This document shows positions 61,231-64,000 of a stretch of DNA of 64,000 nucleotides, piece by piece. A model generated the notes under the pieces. The model was not told the origin of the DNA, did no database searches, and was given only the letters and a program-made list of their open reading frames with translations. Source of the stretch: Anthoceros angustus (Eukaryota > Plantae > Anthocerotophyta); the NCBI GenBank assembly GCA_010909165.1, contig VJWM01000151.1, positions 310,001 through 374,000 of the forward strand, read 5' to 3'. Made by a program: the position numbers and the translations under genes. The first letter of the stretch is position 1. Each line of letters opens with the position of its first letter.

Positions 61231-64000
61231 TTATGTTCTCCAACTTAAGCCCCCGACCTGAGATTCATCATTGTTTACTGGAGAAATTGGGGGAAAATGC
61301 GATTGCTGCAAATACTCGGCGAAGTGCATCTCATGCGACACCATGGCTGCCAAATCAAGCCTCCCTGCCTCCTTGTAGAAGTCTATTACGCGGCTGTAGG
61401 TGACTGAGCTCGGTTCGCAGCCGTTTTGCTTCATTCTCTTGAACATTCTGGTAACAGCTTCAAGCAGACCCATCTTGCCGTAGACAGTGATGATGTTCGT
61501 GTAGGTCACCACGTCCAGGTGCAAACCATCCCGTTGCATGTCCATAGACAGTCGGAGAGCCAAGTCGAACTTGCCAGCTGTTCCGTAAGCATATATCATA
61601 GCATTGTAAGCAGCTACATTGAGCTTGAACTTGCCATGTCTCAGCTGCTCACATGCTTCCACGGCTTCGTCCTGCTTCCCAGCCAGGGCGAAAATGTTAA
61701 TAGACCTCACAAGGGCTTCCTGTTCAGCGGGAAACTCCTCTTCATCTTCAGACCCTGAAGAATCATCCATAGGTTCCATCACTAATCCAGCTTTTCTGAG
61801 AACGCCCTCTATCATGTCATGAGCTGCATCGCCTATTTCAAATATGGCTTCCTGCATTTGCAGATAAATCTGCGCAGCTGCCTGCAGCCTTCCAGCCCTG
61901 GAATACAGGCCCATGACCGAGTAGAATCCTTCCAGGTCTTTCAGAAGGCCTCTATCTTGCATCCGACCTGCAACAACAAGTGCTTGATCCAGCAGGTCTG
62001 CATCCTTGTAAAGATTAAGCATGACGGTCATCGTAACCTGATTTGCTAGTCCCATACGTTCCAGCTGACCATATTGCTTCTCTGCCTCGTCCAAAAATCC
62101 TGCCTTTCCAAGAATGTCAATCATCAAATTGCACACAAAAACATCTATGTCAAAGCCAAGCTGTTGCATTTCTGAGAAGAGGGCTCTCGCCTCATCCACC
62201 ATCCCTAACCTGCCCAAGACTTTCAACAAAGAAGTGTAAGCCACAACGTTGGAAGAGAATCCTGCCTTTTTCATAGCCTCATGTGTAACCTTTGCATCTT
62301 GCACGGATCCTGCTTCACAGAACGCATTGAGCAGTGCTCCATAGGACACTTCATCTGGTGAAATTCCATCCCTTTGCATCTGCTTAAAGGTTCTAAAAGC
62401 CTCTTTAGCTTGACCCGATCTACCATAAAGCCCCAAAACAGCACCATAAGTAGCTTGCTTTGGCTTAAATCCACGACCAAGCATGACATTCAAAATCCGT
62501 TCTGCTTCTTGAATAAGGCCTGAGGAAGCACACATCTGTATCACCGAGTTGAAGGTAATCTCATCTGCTGCGACTCCCATCTCCTCCAAACCGTCAAACA
62601 GGCAAACAGCCTGCGTGCATCTTCTCTTCAGACCATACGCCTTTATCATGGCATTGAAGACACCCACTTCTGGCATCACTGCCGTCTCTTTGTACGTCCA
62701 GAAAACCTTCTCAGCATCCTGCCACAGTCCTTGCTCCCCATAGGCATTGATGATGACAGAAAATGTCTTGGGCGAAAAGGCTTCAGCAGAATGAAAGGCC
62801 TGCTGTGCACTCTCTGCATCAGCCAGAAGACCAGCCTTGATGTACATGACCACAATTTTGGCAATCACAGCCTGTCCTAGCACATACTCCGGCTGCTTCA
62901 TGTGCTCCAGAATATCTTCCGTCTCCTTCACCATACCTGAGTCACAAGTGATGAGAAGGAGCGTTCGGCACGTCACAGCGTCTGGCTCCAAACCACCTGC
63001 CTTCATCTTCTCCAGGTACTCCATGGCAGCTCCCACTTCTCCTTCCTTTGCGCAGATGGAAATCAGAATGTTGTAAGTAGCCTCATCTGGCACAGGACCA
63101 TGTTCCTCCATCCGTTTGTACAGAGCAACCGCTTCATCTCTGCGTCCAGAGCACCCACATATGTAAATCATAGTGTTGAATGTAATGACGTCTGGGGACA
63201 CACCTGCCTGAATCATGTCAGCAAAGACTCTGGAAGCTCGGATGTAGTGGCCAGCACGACCATACATACCTATCATGGTGTTGTAAGCAGCAGAGTCACG
63301 GGCCCTTCCACCCACTCCGTCTGCATCCTCCCCTCGCCCCGGACCCGACCTCATTGTCTCCCCACTACGTCCCACCGACCCACTGAACACCATCTCAGCA
63401 GCCTCCAAATCACCAGCCCTTCTATGCAAGTTGATCACCGTGTTAACAGTCACGTCATCAGGCTCCAACCCTCGTCCCTGCATTTCCTCAAACCACAACA
63501 AGGCCTCCTCTCTCCTCCCCGCCCTCCCACACGCATCAATCAAAGTAGAAAAACTCACATTCGTCGGCTCCACATTCTCCGTCCCCATCCCCTCCCACAA
63601 CCTATTCACCTCCCCCCACATCCCAGCTCTCCCAAGAACCTTGAACATGATATTATAAAACACCACACTAGGCCGGTAATTCAGCTGCCTCTTGATCCAG
63701 CCAAAAACCTCCACAGCCCTGCGCCAATCCCGCTGCTCATTCAGAACCCTAGACAAGTCCCTGCTACCAAGCCTGCCGGCCCAGGGAGCCAACACCCCCT
63801 CCACATCACTTCCAGAGCGCAGAGCTTCAAGCACGGCAGCAACTGCCCCCCCGTACTTCTTCTTTACGTGCCTCCCTGTCTGGCTTTCCCAAGGTCTCCA
63901 ATCCTTGTGAGCCGCCTCTAGCAGCTGGTCCCCAGAGCTTGCCGCACAGGGCGGCTGAAAGACATTGTGCAATCCCTTCACCAGGCGGCCTGCATCCTGC
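61231..64000 (-). CDS. P-class pentatricopeptide repeat protein (At1g73710/At3g23020-like); 5' end runs off the window
   Basis: Tandem 35-aa PPR motifs ('PDVITFNTMIYICG', 'PDEVSYGALLNAFCEAG'). The frame is open to the window edge; the listed GTG start is not a true start. Confidence 0.92.
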   Translation of the reverse strand, partial: QDAGRLVKGLHNVFQPPCAASSGDQLLEAAHKDWRPWESQTGRHVKKKYGGAVAAVLEALRSGSDVEGVLAPWAGRLGSRDLSRVLNEQRDWRRAVEVFGWIKRQLNYRPSVVFYNIMFKVLGRAGMWGEVNRLWEGMGTENVEPTNVSFSTLIDACGRAGRREEALLWFEEMQGRGLEPDDVTVNTVINLHRRAGDLEAAEMVFSGSVGRSGETMRSGPGRGEDADGVGGRARDSAAYNTMIGMYGRAGHYIRASRVFADMIQAGVSPDVITFNTMIYICGCSGRRDEAVALYKRMEEHGPVPDEATYNILISICAKEGEVGAAMEYLEKMKAGGLEPDAVTCRTLLLITCDSGMVKETEDILEHMKQPEYVLGQAVIAKIVVMYIKAGLLADAESAQQAFHSAEAFSPKTFSVIINAYGEQGLWQDAEKVFWTYKETAVMPEVGVFNAMIKAYGLKRRCTQAVCLFDGLEEMGVAADEITFNSVIQMCASSGLIQEAERILNVMLGRGFKPKQATYGAVLGLYGRSGQAKEAFRTFKQMQRDGISPDEVSYGALLNAFCEAGSVQDAKVTHEAMKKAGFSSNVVAYTSLLKVLGRLGMVDEARALFSEMQQLGFDIDVFVCNLMIDILGKAGFLDEAEKQYGQLERMGLANQVTMTVMLNLYKDADLLDQALVVAGRMQDRGLLKDLEGFYSVMGLYSRAGRLQAAAQIYLQMQEAIFEIGDAAHDMIEGVLRKAGLVMEPMDDSSGSEDEEEFPAEQEALVRSINIFALAGKQDEAVEACEQLRHGKFKLNVAAYNAMIYAYGTAGKFDLALRLSMDMQRDGLHLDVVTYTNIITVYGKMGLLEAVTRMFKRMKQNGCEPSSVTYSRVIDFYKEAGRLDLAAMVSHEMHFAEYLQQSHFPPISPVNNDESQVGGLSWRT

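Noticed and set aside
63100-63921. 273-aa plus-strand ORF
   Set aside because: Antisense shadow of the PPR gene.

Overview
Land-plant nuclear DNA, most likely a non-seed plant; this is inferred from gene content, GC-rich exons, short GT-AG introns and TE types, and the species cannot be identified. The left ~28 kb is transposon-derived. The right ~36 kb holds genes: an LRR receptor kinase with a WAKL-type kinase domain plus a broken duplicate, a P450 pseudogene, an ALS3/STAR2-like permease, a SOBIR1-like RLK, a PTC7-type PP2C, complex I B14.5a/NDUFA7, a PFK5-like phosphofructokinase and a P-class PPR. Main discovery: a >11 kb TIR DNA transposon (Sola-like/DUF7869-type DDD transposase on the minus strand) carries, head-to-head, a large intron-containing gene for a ParB/Srx-like domain fused to a prokaryotic-type beta-class N4-C/N6-A DNA methyltransferase. 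A 2.28 kb internally deleted relative at 21613-23893 has matching TIRs, a 4-bp TSD, a paralogous empty site and the 3' ends of both genes in the same arrangement, so the methyltransferase is cargo of the transposon family. Caveat: many frameshifts are 1-bp shortenings of homopolymers, as expected from long-read consensus errors, so 'pseudogene' versus 'intact' is often undecidable. All homology calls come from motif recognition by eye, not database searches.
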